The notes beneath the pieces are model-generated. The model ran no database searches, was not told the DNA's origin, and saw only the letters and a list, made by a program, of their open reading frames with translations. DNA of 64,000 nt from Azolla caroliniana (lineage: Eukaryota > Plantae > Polypodiophyta): the NCBI GenBank assembly GCA_043228905.1, contig JBHGNT010000003.1, positions 6,882,001 to 6,946,000 on the forward strand. Reading direction: 5' to 3'. A program made the position numbers and the translations under genes. Below, piece after piece: positions 21,749 to 35,865 of the stretch (its first letter is position 1; each line of letters opens with the position of its first letter).

Positions 21749-24094
21749 AAAACAAGAATCACTATTCGAAAATTATGTCAACACTCCGTACATCGTAAGT
21801 GTTCAGCGAACACTTTTATACAAGTCCATACGAACTGACAGAAGTACGGTGTACTTCAATGCTCACTCGAGCGTCTGACACTAACTACGAGAGTATTAAC
21901 TCCCTAGTAGTCTAGCTACTACTAGGCTTTCGGTTACTAATGGATCCAGGTGCTCACCGACTCACCGATCCGTCTCGCTCACCGGCTCAAGCTTATTCAG
22001 CCGATCCGGCTCCAATTGAGCTTGCCGCTCAACACTCCCCCTCAAGCTCAACTTGAGGTCCGGTCGTAGTGTCAACGTCTGTGGCAACCGGTCTTTCTGC
22101 CCAGCTCCTTCTGGCGTCCCTCCGCCTTGCTCGCGCTCCTCGTCCGGTTCGGTTCTGTTTGCCGCGACCCCTCTTGTTCTGCGCACCTTGACCTCCTTGG
22201 TCGGCTTGTTTGCTCAACAGGCCCAATTCAGCTCCCTCACTGCTGTGACTTCGGTGCGTGCCGATTCGCCGATTCCTTCGTGTTGGCGTTGACTTTCACT
22301 GCCTTCTCGTCCTCTTGGCCTTGAATTGATCCGGTACTTCCGAATTTGTCTGTTGAACCGAATCGACTGTCTCCGATTCGTTCCAACTCTTGTCCGAATC
22401 GGTTGCTCCTGATTCATCTTCTGGTTCTTGGCCCTTCACCACATCGGACCATGTCCGGGTCTTGGCCTTCTTCTTCCTATTAGCTCTGTCCTTCTTGACT
22501 CTGCCGCTGCTACCGCTTGTTCCGACTTGTTCGGATGTGTCGAGTTCCTTTGTTGACTCGGCTCCTTTCTTTTTTTTGACTCTCCCTTCGTTGGTTCTTC
22601 CCTCACCGGTGCAATCGGCAGTCTCTTTGCCTTTGCCCGTTCTGGTGTCGAGATGTTGAACACCAAGCATTTCGGTGAAGTGCTGCAACTTGTCCGATCC
22701 GAGTGGTTTGGTGAAGATGTCAGCAACTTGCCGATCCGTGTGAACATACCGAAGTTCGACCTCACCGCTCAGGACACGCTCACGCATGAAGTGATAGTGC
22801 ACTTCTATGTGCTTTGTGCGAGCATCGAATACGGGGTACTTGGCGAGCTGCATACTGCTTATGTTGTCGTAGTAGATCAGAATCGGGGTCAGTACCTCGA
22901 TCCGTAGGTCTTGTAGTAGTCGTCGAGGCCAAATGGCTTCACAGGTGGCAATGGTAGCACCCCGATACTTAGCCTCAGTGCTCGATACAACAATTGTTGG
23001 CTGCTTTTTGCTGCTCCACGCAATAGTTGCGCTACCTATGGAAAACATATAATCGGAGGTTGATCAGCGATCTGATGCATCGCCGGCCTAGTCGGCATTT
23101 GTGTAACCAACCAGCTCTTCGGTTATACCGCGCCGGTATAATAGTCCCCGGTTCTTCGTGCCGCTCACATACCGCAATATTCTGTGTGCGCACTGAAGAT
23201 GCTCTACGGTCGGCTTCTGCATGAATTGGCTAATCACACCGACCGGATAGCTGATGTTGGGTTGGGTGATGGTCAAATATATAAGGCTTCCGACAATTTG
23301 TCGGAACCATTTCTCATCGCAGGCCGGTCCGGAGTCGGAACGGAGCTTCTGGTTCCGGTCCCGGGGTGTAGAGATAGTTCGACATTCCGTCATGCCGAAC
23401 TTGTACAACATATTCAACACATAGTGCCTTTGTGAGAGCAATATGCTGTCGGGGGTTCGGATCACCTCGATCCCAAGGAAATAGTGAAGGTCCCCCAGGT
23501 CCTTCATCTCAAACGCATCCAACAACTAGGGCTTGACTTGGCTGATTTCATTGAGTCCGGGTCCGGTGATGACCAGATCATCAACGTACAACAAGATGCA
23601 AACCGGACCGTCCGGACCTTGCCAAATGAACAACGAAGAGTTGGACTTGGAGGCCGCAAACCCCATCTTACGCAACCGGTGCGTGATCTTCGCATTCCAA
23701 GCTCAGGGGGCTTGCTTCAGGTCATAAAGTGACTTCTTCAGCCGGCATACCGCTGACTTGTTCATCTCCGTTTGGAAACCGGGGGGTTGTATCATAAAGA
23801 CCTCTTCTTCAAGATCTCCTTGAAGAAATGCATTCTTCACATCCATCTAGTGAAGATGCCACCCCCTTGCCGCTGCAACCGCCAGCACCACACGAACCGT
23901 CGTCATCTTCGCTACCGGAGCGAAGGTCTCGTCGTAGTCGATTCCGTGGGTCTGTGTGTATCCCTTCTCCACTAACCAGGCCTTGCACCAGTTAACTGAA
24001 CCATCGGCGTTGTACTTTACCTTGTACACCCACTTGCATCCGATCGGTTTATTGTGACGGGGAGGGTCAACCAGGTCCCATGTATTGTTGGCAT

Positions 24095-27000
24095 TGTTGG
24101 GATTTCGGTCCCTCCGGATGGGATGTCCGGAGATGAATGACGGCAAGCCCGGAGGCTGTTACGGAACCGTAGGATGAAGAGTACCCGGCATGAAGTCGGA
24201 TGAAGAGTACCAGGTTACGGAGCCGGATGATGAAGACCCCGGTTACGGAGCCGGATGCTGAAGACCCCGGCTACGGAGCCGGATGCTGAAGACCCCGGCT
24301 ACGGAGCCGGATGCTGAAGACCCCGGCTACGGAGCCGGATGACGAATGTACCCGGAGAGAGAGATCCGGATGCGGGGACATATTTGTGAATATGTTTGCC
24401 AAGAGCCCTTGAGGTTATATTTGTAAATAGCCCGAAAGTCATATGTGTATAAATATGACTTAGGGCAAACAGTATAGTATGTTGTTGCTCATTTTTCTGT
24501 TTTCCACTAAGAGGGAGCGAAGTGAGAGCAGCCGAGAGAGAGAGAGAGAGAGAGACGAAGAGGTCGTTGCCTCTGTGTATTGCCGCCGCCTGTGGCGAAG
24601 ACAGTGAGCTCAAGGTTGTTGCCTTGTAGCTTCACCAGTGTACATCCCTGTTCATAGTGATAGTTGGAGTTTGAGGCTCCCGTGGTTTTTCCCATTTAGG
24701 GTTTTCCACGTAAAACATCCAGTGTACCTTTCTCTCTATTGCTTTTCGTGCATTGTTGTATTTCCCGTTTTCTGTGAATCGATCCTATTCCTCGGTTGTG
24801 GCCGAGCACGGAATTTCAATAAAGTGGTATCAGAGCGACTGTTGCGGAAAATGGAAGGCGGCGGCAGCGGGCAGCCGATGATGATGGTGCTGAATGCACA
24901 GAATTACGCCGACTGGAAGATCAAGATGGAGGATCTTCTGATTGTTCGGGACCTGTACGAACCGATTGACAGGTCGGAAATACCGAAGGGAGTACTTGAG
25001 TCGGAGTGGAAGCTCCTGAACCGGAAAGCAGTAGCGACGATCCGGCAATATGTCGATGTAAGTGTCCTGCAACATGTGGCGAACGATACGAACGCCTATG
25101 AGATGTGGAAGAAGCTGTCGGGCCTCTATGAGAGGAAGAATGCGTTGAACCGGACCTCCCTGATGAGAAAGATAGTGAACCTCAAGTACCGGGACGGCGA
25201 GAGTATGGTGGAACACGTAAGCACGTTCATGGGATTCGTGAACCAGCTTGCGGCGATCAAGTTCCCGTTGGAGGATGCAATGCAAGCCATCATCCTGATG
25301 TGTACATTGCCGGACAACTGGGAGAACTTGGTGGTGACTCTCAGCACCTCCTGCACGGAAGACAACTTGTCCCTACAAACGGTAAAGACAAGTATTCTAA
25401 ATGAAGAAGCGCGTCGGAGAGATAAAGAACCGGCCTCCGACTCGAAGGCGCTGTTTGCCGAATCGGAACGGGGAAGACAATGGAACCGGAGTCCGCAAAG
25501 ACGGGAGAAGTCGGGGACCCGGTCGCAGTCAAGAGGAAGACCCACATGCTTCCACTGTGGGAAGCCGGGGCACTTCCGGAAGAATTGTCGGCATTACCGA
25601 AAAGACAACGGAGCCGACGACACCGATTCGAAGAAATCACCGGAGAGAAACGGTGCATACCGGGGAGCCACGGACCGGAGAGGTCCGGATCGGCGAGGGC
25701 AGGACCGGAAAGGAACGACGGCACTCGCGGCAAGTGAAGAAGAGATAATGCTTATTACCGAAGAGAGGGAGCTGAACCTTGCCGGTGTAGAGATGACCTA
25801 GGTGGTCGATTCCGGAGCGTCGTTCCACCTGACCCCGGAGAAGAAATACTTCTCATCCTACACAGCCGGTGAGCACGGCTGTGTCCGGATGGGAAATGAA
25901 GGTACGTGCCGGATAGCCGGCATAGGAGACGTGTGGCTGATGACATCAACCGGATGCAAGATGCTGCTGAAGGATGTGCGACACGTTCCGGAGGTCCGAT
26001 TGAACCTGATCTCGGCCGGGAGGCTAGATGATGAAGGCTACACGGGTAGCATCCGGAACGGCGTAATGAAGTTCAGCAAGGGGAGCCTGATAGTGGCTCG
26101 GGCCCGGAAGGTCAACACTCTGTACCTGATGAATGCCCGGTTATGTCCGGAAGAGCTGAATGTAGCAGCCGACACTGCCGGTGAGCTGTGGCACAAAAGA
26201 CTGTGCCACATGAGTGAGAAGGGGATGAAGAGGCTTGCAGAAGACAACCTTATTCCAGTGAAGCATGTGCACCTGGAGAAGTGCACCGACTGCCTGGCCG
26301 GTAAGCAAAACCGGACCTCCTTCCACTCAAGGCCACCGACGAGACGTAGCGCACCCTTGGAGCTGGTGCACACTGATGTGTGTCAGGTAGAAACGAAGTC
26401 ACATGGCGGAGCCCAGTACTTCGTGACATTCATTGATGATCACAGCCGGAAGCTGTGGACGGCACCGTTGAAGACAAAGGACCAAGTATTGTCCGTCTTC
26501 AAAGAACTCCACGCGAGAGTGGAAAGGGAATCCGGCAAGAAGCTGAAAGCGATACGAGCGGATAACGGAGGGGAATACCGGGGGCAGTTCCAGGAGTACT
26601 GTCGCTCGAAGGGAATCCGGCTCGAGTTTACTGTGCCGAAGACGCCGGAACTAAACGGGCTGGCCGAGAGGATGAACCGGACCATAATGGAGAGGGTCCG
26701 GAGTATGCTGGCGCATGCGAAATTACCCAAGGGGTTTTGGGCTGAGGCAATGTCGACGGCGACATACGTGATAAACAGATCACCCTCAGTACCTTTGGAC
26801 GGAGACACGCCGCAGAAAGTGTGGACCGGTAAGGAAGTGTCCTACCGGCATCTGAAGGTGTTCGGGTGTCTCGCATACGTGCATGTGGCAAAGGACCGGA
26901 GAGGAAAGCTAGATCCAAAGACCCGGCCATGCATATTCCTCGGTTACGGCGACGACGAGTTCGGCTACCGAGTATGGGACCCGGTGGACAAGAAGATATT

Positions 27001-29661
27001 CAGGAGTCGAGACATCATCTTCATGGAGGACAAGACACTCGCCGACTGGGAGTCGGAGAAGAAGATGAAGAGCTCCAAGTCAACCGGTGAGTATAAACTC
27101 TACGAGGAGCAGTCCCGACCGGCAAGGGACCGGTTAGCACTCGAGGATCCGGCCGAAGACGGTGAAGAAACAGAACCGGCCGAAGAAGATGAAAACGATA
27201 CCGGAACCGGCCCCGATCCCGAAATAGATTCGGATGAAGAAGAATCGGAAGAACCGGTTACCGAAGCTCCGGAACGGAGATATCCTCTAAGAGAGAGAAG
27301 GGCCCCCCGGAGATTTCCGGAACCAGAGCACGTGCTGCTAACCGACGAGGGGGAGCCGGAGAGCTTTGAAGAAGCAAAACATGACACCCAGAGCCGCAGG
27401 TGGTTGAGTGCCATGCAGGACGAAATGGATTCCTTGCATGAGAACCACACATATGAACTTGTGGAGTTGCCGAAAGGAAAGCGGGCACTTCGAAACAAGT
27501 GGGTGTTCAAGCTGAAACCGGGAGATGCCGGAAACCCCCCGAGATACAAAGCCAGGATCGTGGTGAAGGGGTTTCAGCAGAAGAAGGGCGTCGACTTCGA
27601 CGAGATATTTGCCCCGGTAGTGAAGATGACCTCCATCCGGACGGTGCTGAGCATAGCGGCAAGCATGGACCTCGAGGTAGAACAGATGGACGTGAAGACG
27701 GCATTCCTTCACGGTGACCTCGAAGAAGAGATCTACATGCAGCAACCGGAAGGATTCGAGAAGAAAGGGAAGGAGCACCTGGTATGCCGGTTGAAGAAGA
27801 GCCTTTACGGACTGAAGCAGGCTCCCCGGCAATGGTACCGGAAGTTCGACTCCTTCATGACCGACGAAGGGTACCACAAAACGCAGTCTGACCACTGCGT
27901 GTTTGTGAAGAAGTTCGAAGGAGGAGACTTTCTAATACTCCTCTTGTACGTGGACGACATGTTGATCGTCGGACGGGACCAGGTCAAGATACGGATGCTG
28001 AAGAAGGCTCTTCACCGAACCTTCTCAATGAAGGACTTGGGTCCGGCGAGACAAATACTAGGGATGCACATCATCCGGGACCGGAGCAAGAAGCAGTTGT
28101 GGCTGTCACAAGAGAAGTACGTGACAAAGGTGCTTCAACGGTTCAACATGTCGGAAGCAAGACCGGTCGGATCAACCCTACCGGCAAACTGCAAGTTGTC
28201 CAGCAAGCAAAGTCCCAAGACAAAGGCTGAAAAGGAGGATATGATGAAAGCGCCGTATGCCTCAGCTGTCGGGAGCCTGATGTACGCCATGGTGTGTACG
28301 AGACCGGACATCGGATACGCAGTCGGAGTGGTGAGCCGGTACATGAGCAATCCCGGCAAAGAGCATTGGAACGCGGTCAAGTGGATACTTCGATACCTGA
28401 AGGGCACGACAAACGTGTGCCTCCGATTCGGCTCCGGTAAACCCGAACTCGACGGTTTTACCGATTCGGATATGTCGGCTGATGCAGATACCAGCCGGTC
28501 CACATCAGGGTATGTGATGACGTTTGCAGGAGGAGCCGTTTCGTGGCAGTCGAGGCTGCAGAAGACGGTTGCGTTGTCAACCACGGAGGCGGAGTACATG
28601 GCGGCGGTTGAAGCCGGCAAGGAAATAATATGGATGAAGGACTTCATTAGAGAGCTCGGTATCCAGCAGGAGGAGTACCGACTCTACTGCGATAGTCAGA
28701 GTGCCATCCACCTTGCGAAGAACGCGGCCTACCATTCCCGGACGAAACACATCCAGCGAAGATATCACTGGATCCGGGAAAGGATAGAAGACAAGGAGTT
28801 CGTGCTGACGAAGATCCACACGGACGAGAACGGGTCGGATATGCTGACCAAGGTGCTCACACCCGACAAGCTGGAAGCATGCCGGAAGAGGATCGGGTTG
28901 GAGAGACATCCCATGCCGAAGTGAAGGGGGAGTTTGTTGGGATTTCGGTCCCTCCGGATGGGATGTCCGGAGATGAATGACGGCAAGCCCGGAGGCTGTT
29001 ACGGAACCGTAGGATGAAGAGTACCCGGCATGAAGCCGGATGAAGAGTACCAGGTTACGGAGCCGGATGATGAAGACCCCGGTTACGGAGCCGGATGCTG
29101 AAGACCCCGGCTACGGAGCCGGATGCTGAAGACCCCGGCTACGGAGCCGGATGCTGAAGACCCCGGCTACGGAGCCGGATGACGAATGTACCCGGAGAGA
29201 GAGATCCGGATGCGGGGACATATTTGTGAATATGTTTGCCAAGAGCCCTTGAGGTTATATTTGTAAATAGCCCGAAAGTCATATGTGTATAAATATGACT
29301 TAGGGCAAACAGTATAGTATGTTGTTGCTCATTTTTCTGTTTTCCACTAAGAGGGAGCGAAGTGAGAGCAGCCGAGAGAGAGAGAGAGAGAGAGACGAAG
29401 AGGTCGTTGCCTCTGTGTATTGCCGCCGCCTGTGGCGAAGACAGTGAGCTCAAGGTTGTTGCCTTGTAGCTTCACCAGTGTACATCCCTGTTCATAGTGA
29501 TAGTTGGAGTTTGAGGCTCCCGTGGTTTTTCCCATTTAGGGTTTTCCACGTAAAACATCCAGTGTACCTTTCTCTCTATTGCTTTTCGTGCATTGTTGTA
29601 TTTCCCGTTTTCTGTGAATCGATCCTATTCCTCGGTTGTGGCCGAGCACGGAATTTCAATA
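24095..29661 (+). mobile_element. Young Copia element (sister of 4052-9389) with 727-bp LTRs ending TG..TA and one in-frame stop
   Basis: LTRs 24095-24821 and 28935-29661 (one mismatch seen). TSD GGCAT (24090-24094, 29662-29666). PBS TGGTATCAGAGC at 24825, PPT GAAGGGGGAGTT at 28923-28934. Confidence 0.97.
24851..28924 (+). pseudogene. Copia gag-pol with a single TAG at 25799-25801 (gag 24851-25801 and pol 25802-28924 in the same frame)
   Basis: Translation nearly identical to ORF 4674..8747; TAG replaces the Trp codon of TWVVDSGAS. Confidence 0.93.
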
Positions 29662-32600
29662 GGCATCAAGTGCCCGCATCTCTTCTTCCATAGCGGCACG
29701 CCAATGTGCATCCTTTGCCGCTTCTGTGTAGCTCTCCGGCTCACGCACTTCTGCCACCTTGGTCATGTACGCATAGTGATGCGCCATGTACTCATTGTAC
29801 CCGTACCGCTTAACAAGTTCCTTCTGGCGGGTTGACCGACGTAACCCACCGTTACCCGGTTTGAGGCCCTTCTTGGCCGGTTCGGTGTTCGGTGCCGAAG
29901 AACCGTCATTTTCCTTTCCGGAGTCGGATCCGCTCCGATCCGACTCATCAATATTGGTTTCATAATTTGGCATCTCCTTCTTCCCCTTCTCTTTGCGCGT
30001 GAACTGTCTCATCGGTTCCTTGCGGGGGAGAGCACGGTAGAGTCTTCACTACTCGCTGGTTCTTCTTCTGACTGGTCGTATTGACCCAGTCTCTCGTTCG
30101 GCCCACTCAACCGAAATGATTCCGGACTCACTTCTTGAGTCCCGGATTCATCATCTTCTAACTGGACTGGTTCAGGCTGACTAGCCTCATCCTCCGGTAT
30201 CGGGTCGGGGTCAGAAGTCGGAGCTGGTAAGGCATACCATGATGCCGTCTCATCAAACACAACATCGCGGCTAACTCGGACCTGCTTCGTCCGGGGGTTA
30301 TAACACTTATACCCCTTTTGCTCATGTGAGTAGCTGACGAGGATGCACTTCTCCGATTTTGCATCCAACTTCCTTCGCTTCTCATCCAGCACATGCACAT
30401 ATGCTATGCTGCCGAAAATCCGAAGGTGTCTCAAATTCGGTTTGCGCCCGAAATACAGCTCATGCGTGGACACCTTGTCACCGATCTAGTTTTGGATGTA
30501 GACGGTCGTCCGGACCACCTCCGCCCAGTAGAAATGGGGCATGCTCTTCGCTTCCAACATTGCCCTTGCCGCGTCGACAAGCGATCGATTCTTCCTTTCG
30601 GCCACACCGTTTTTCTCTGGTGTGTATCTGCAGTTGAACTCTCTCCGAATTCCTGTTTGTTGCAGATAACTATTGAATTGGCCGGAAAAATATTCTTTTC
30701 CACCATCTGACCGCAGGCACTTGATCTTCCCTCTGATTCCCGTTCCACCATGCTCTGGAGGTTCCGGAAACTGTCCAAGACTTCACTCTTCTGCTCAATG
30801 AGGTAGATCCATGTGTGTCGGCTATAGTCGTCGATGAAGGAGACGAAGTATCGACTCCCGCCAAGACTCGTGTTCTGTGCCGGTCCCCATACATCCGAAT
30901 GAATAAGGTCAAGCTTGTTACGACTACGGTTTTGTTCAGCGGGGAATGGAAGCCGATGTTGCTTCCCGAGTTGGCAGGCTTCACATACTTGGGCCTTCCG
31001 GCCACTAAACTTCGGCAAACTGAAAACAACTTGTTTCGTTTGCAAGTCTTGAAGCCACCGGTAATTGACGTGGCCGATCCGCTTGTGCCACAGGTCGATG
31101 TCTGATTCGACCTTCTGTCCTTTGGTGAACAAGGCGGTGCCGACGTCATTGGTGTCGAGGATGAACATCCTCCCATCTCTACACCCTTGCGCGATAATCT
31201 GGCCCTCCTCCTCGATGAAGCACCCGAGGTGCGTAAACCGCACCTGCATTCCCTGGTCAACGATCTGTCCAACCGGCACCAGGTTCTTCGTGATAGTCAG
31301 AACGTGTAATACGTTCATCAACTTCCCCCTTTGTCCGACGTGGCTTAGGGGAACTTCTCCAACATGCATGATTGGGTGAGGAGTGTTGTCTCTGGTTTCG
31401 ACAACTCCCAGTTGTTCCAGTTTCTCCAAGAAGGAGAACCACTCTTTGTGGCTCGTCATGTGATATGACGCACCGGAATCAACATACCACACTTCCTCCG
31501 ATTTGGAAATGGTCTTCTTCATCAAGTTTGCCTCGTGCTTTATCACCAAGGCTGGCCCCTTACCGGTCTTCCCGGTTCCGGATCCTTTCGATCCTTGTGC
31601 ATAATGCGAGCTTTGCCGGTTCTCCCGACCGGTTTTGACGGATCCAGATTTGTCCGAATCAGCGCGCTTCTTCCATCACTCGCTTTCTCTGTGGCCCTTT
31701 TTGCCACAGTACCAACATTCCGTGGCGGCTTTGTCTTGCCGGCCTCCGGCTCCACCTTGACTCCCCCTGCTTGTGGAAGTCCCAGAACTGTTGTCGGCAC
31801 GGTCTCTGTGCCGTCGGTCTTGCCCTTGCCGGCCACCTCCATTGCGTGCCGACCGGCTCGTCCACCACGCCCACGGGGCAGATTCGCCTCCGTGTATAGC
31901 ATCCGGCTGTCAGTGGGTGCACTTGTTGACGCACCGGCGTGGTTCTCCTCTACAAGGAGCATTGACTATAAGTCGAAAAATGACGGCGTATTCTCCCTCG
32001 TACATACTGCTGTCCGGAAAGCTTGGAACTTAGATGCCAAGCCCCCAAGACAAACCTGTACCATCTCGTCTTCCTCCACCATGACGTTGATAGAAGCAAG
32101 CGAGTCACAGATCTCTTTGATTCGGGCCGTGTAATCAGCCACCAACATGTCCTTCTTTCGGACATTGCTCAACTCCTATCGGAGTTGCAGCTTCCAGGCT
32201 GTAGTGCTTGCGGCGAACACCTTCTTCAGGTTTCCCCAAGCCTCTTTCAGCGTCTTGGCATCTCAAACGTGGCTTAGCAGCTGGTCTTCGACACTGGACG
32301 CAAAGTAGTACATCACTCTACTTGCCGATTGTTCCCACACCGGGAAGTCCTTGTGTGCCGCATCAGGTGTTGTGTTGTTAGCTCCGTCGACATAGCTCCA
32401 GTAACCATGCCCAAGTAGGTACTGGTGCATCTTATATGACGAAGATGCATAGTTGGATCTCTCAAGCTTCTCCACTAGAAGTGAGCTAGCCATTCCTCTA
32501 TCCATTGTTTTTTTTTTCTCTTCTGTTCTTTACAAAGGTTAGGTTTTCTTCTTGCGAAAGCGAATGTTGGCTGCAGAGGTTCTCAACCCTCGCGCTCTGA

Positions 32601-35600
32601 TACCATGTAAAAACAAATAGCGTGCGGAAGCAATAGAAAACAGAAAACAGAAAACAGAGAATAGGTTTAATAGAGAACTTAACAATACGCAGGAGAGATA
32701 GACAAAGAGAGAGAGAGAGAGAGACCAAAATGTTATTCGAAAATTATGTCAACACTTTGTACATCGTAAGTGTTCAGCGAACACTTTTATACAAGTCCAT
32801 ACGGACTGACAGAAGTACGTTGTACTTCAATGCTCACTCGAGTGTCTGAACTATCTACGAGAGTATTAACTCCCTCGTAGTCTAGCTCCTATTAGGCTTC
32901 CGGTTACTGATGGATCCGGCTAACCGGCTCCCTAGCTCACCGGCTCTTTTGCTCACCAGGTGCTCACCGGCTCACCGATCCGTCTCGCTCACCAACTCAG
33001 GCTTATTCAGCCGATCCGGCTCCAATTGAGCTTGCCGCTCAACATGTTTGGTATATAAACCTTGATAATCATATTTCTAGAGTATGATTCTAATCATAAT
33101 CAACGTGAATGTGTTTGGTAACCATATTTGTAATATTTGATTCTAATCAGAGTAAAATAAAGAAAGAGATGGTGAGCAGAGATACGCGCGATGGCTGAGC
33201 GCCGAGCGACACCTGAGTCAACGCACAAAGGGAGTTCCGGTGTATCTTCCCTCGACCCGCCTATCATCTCTTCTCATATTTCAGGTAAGTTCGTCTCACT
33301 CTCCTTGTCAGACAATGAAAAAACCCTAGTGTTGATAGAAGTACAACGGTGTTAGCCGGTCGGCAAGGGAAGTCCAGAATGGGAAAAGGGCGATAATTAA
33401 TAACCGGGAGTTGATTATATATAATATAGAATTATTATGATTTTGAGAAGCGAACGGACGGACCTGGAATCGGTATGCCGATCCGGATCCGGACCGGTTC
33501 ATAGTTGGTTGTCGGTTGGCACTGGTTTGTACCTAGAGCCGGAGACCTATAAAAGGGCCCGGTCTGTTTGTAATGAATTAGCGGATAATTAATAGAGTGT
33601 TGTTGTTTTGTATCTTAATCAGTGTTAATTACCATTCTGTGCTTAGTGTAATTCATCTTACACGTGTATTGTGACTAATGATCTTGCCTATTCATAACCA
33701 ATTAGGGTTTCATTAATAGTTCGGTCTAAGTTTATACCACCGCAACACCCCTTTGGTGAAGTGTCTCAAAGGGACACCCTGTGTTAGGCCATTGTCCGGC
33801 TCCTAGCGATAACACAGTTTTTGGCCACCATTAAGGTGACCCCCCTTTGGAGACGGAGTCGAAGAATGATACGTGACGAAGAATACTGCAACCCTCATCA
33901 ACGCGAAATCGAATCGACAATGTGCGAGAACTGGTGGAAATGTAAGAAAGAACAATGGCGCGATGACTATTCGCTGCAGAAGTATGCAAGAAAAGCGGCA
34001 AATGATGGCAATGATGTGCGAGAGAACTGACAATATGTACAAGTGAGTGAGAAATTGAAGATTGACAATGTCTTCATCACAAAACGGGGAATCGATGAAT
34101 CGACAAGGAAGTGTTAAGCATCCCTAATCCATGTTTATTCATAAGCAGAGACAAATATATCCTCTGATGTGTGTTAAAGTAGAGACAAATATGTCCACAG
34201 TTTACAAGTTAAAGCACACATGTGTCTCCTCCTAATCACCATTTCAATCATCATCACCATATCCACCTAGATCATTCTTAAAGAAGATGGAGAAGATGAT
34301 GATGATCATGATGAAGGTGAATATGAACATGAAATGGTGTGTGGTTCGTGGAATCATGTGAAACTCTACCAAGATCATAGACATGAAATATCTTTATATG
34401 AAAACCATGGATCATTCAGTGTACCAGGCATCATGAGAATTATCGTCCAAATCACATATCTAAGGTAGAAAATGGCTCAGAAGAAAAGATTGGAATGTAG
34501 GAGACAAGAAGGCAGAATGGATCGAGAAACGAAGACAACGATGGAAAACGCAAACGGCGTGACGACAATGGCCGTAATGACAACGCAGCCAAAGCCCGAA
34601 TCGGAAATGCCAAACGGAGACGACCGGACAAGGAAGACAGCACAGGGGAAGAGACTAATGACGACGGAAACGGCCGGACAGCCAGCCGAAAAGCGGCGAC
34701 CAGACACAACGGTTGAACGGAGAAGCGTCGGCCGGAGAGCGGCCGAAGTGGCCGGATAGTAGTTGGAGCGGCCAGACAGGAGCCAGAGAGCCAGAATGGC
34801 TGGACAATGGCTGAAGAGCAGCGGGACAACAGTCGTAGCGGTTGGAGTGGCCGAATAGTGGCTAAACAACAACCGACGGCCAGACAAATGCCGGTACGAA
34901 AGCCAGACAACGACAGGCCGAATAGCCGAACAGTGTGGCCGGAGAAGCCAGAATGGCAAAACAACGGTCGGAGTGGCCGGAATGGCCGACGACAGACACT
35001 GGATGCCGAACGGGTAGAGATGCATAATTCCGGAGGGAGAGATAGTTGGAGCAACGGTTGGAAAGCGGCGACAAGACGGCCGGACAGAGGAAAGACGATG
35101 AAGGACGCTGGATGGAAACAACCAACAAGAGATATTGAGTGACGACCAACAACAACGACGACGGTGAAAAAAACAGAGACACGAAATGGACAACTGAATA
35201 GGGATGAATGGAAACCCTAGCCACACCAATTGAGAGTAATGGAGAAGGAAAAGGAACAAAGATATAGAGAAGGAAGCAGGAAATTAGAAGAAACGAACAA
35301 GGAAAACGCAACAACAAGAAGAAGAAGAAGGAAGGAATCGGAGGAGACAGCCAGATAGAAAGGAGGGAAACGACAGAAGCAAGAGAAAAAGAAGAAAACA
35401 AGAAAAGAAAAAAGAGGGAAAAAGAGAATGATAAGGGGCATTCGTGGAGTTTTGAAAACCTGAGGGCATCCGAAGATTTCATATACATAAGGGTACATAA
35501 TTAAAATTTTAAAAATCAAAGGGCACCTACGGAATTTCAAAAATTTATGAACCTAATAAAAGAAATGGACGCGATCCACACGCGACTCACAAGATACAAA

Positions 35601-35641
35601 GAAGAATGCACATACATACAACGTTTTTTTGATGACCCAAA

Positions 35642-35865
35642 TGATGTTACCGAAGTTCGTGAACCGACAGAATGGGAATGTTCGTGTCGATGAAGATTCG
35701 CTGACCGACGGAGATGTTCGAGTCAAGCGCTCCAATCAAGGGAGTCGATCGTTGATGTTACCAAAGTTCGTGAACGACAGAACGAGAATGTTCATGTCGA
35801 TGACGATTCGCTAACCGACAAAGATGTTCAAGTCAAGCACTCTGATCGAGGGAGTCGATCGTTGA
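35642..35865 (+). repeat. Two-copy ~112-bp tandem repeat
   Basis: GATGTTACC(G/A)AAGTTCGTGAAC…GGGAGTCGATCGTTGA at ~35643 and ~35754. Confidence 0.8.

Larger units (their letters stand above)
21608..33044 (-). mobile_element. Full-length but degenerate Copia element (host of the young Copia at 24095-29661)
   Basis: LTRs 21608-22034 and 32606-33044 (TGTAAAAACAAAT…GCTCAACA). TSD TGTTT (21603-21607, 33045-33049). PBS TGGTATCAGAGC 32594-32605, PPT at 22035-22045. Fragmented gag, PR (WYVDSGAS), IN, RT and RH ORFs. Confidence 0.94.

Noticed and set aside
33822-33840. Plus-strand PBS TGGCCACCATTAAGG after the left LTR
   Set aside because: Only ~8 nt resemble a tRNA-Arg end; the minus-strand PBS at 38350-38366 is much stronger.
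34452-35540. 200-260 aa minus-strand ORFs as membrane proteins or env
   Set aside because: They arise from purine-rich and GGCCG-rich low-complexity DNA, open in several frames at once; no domain.
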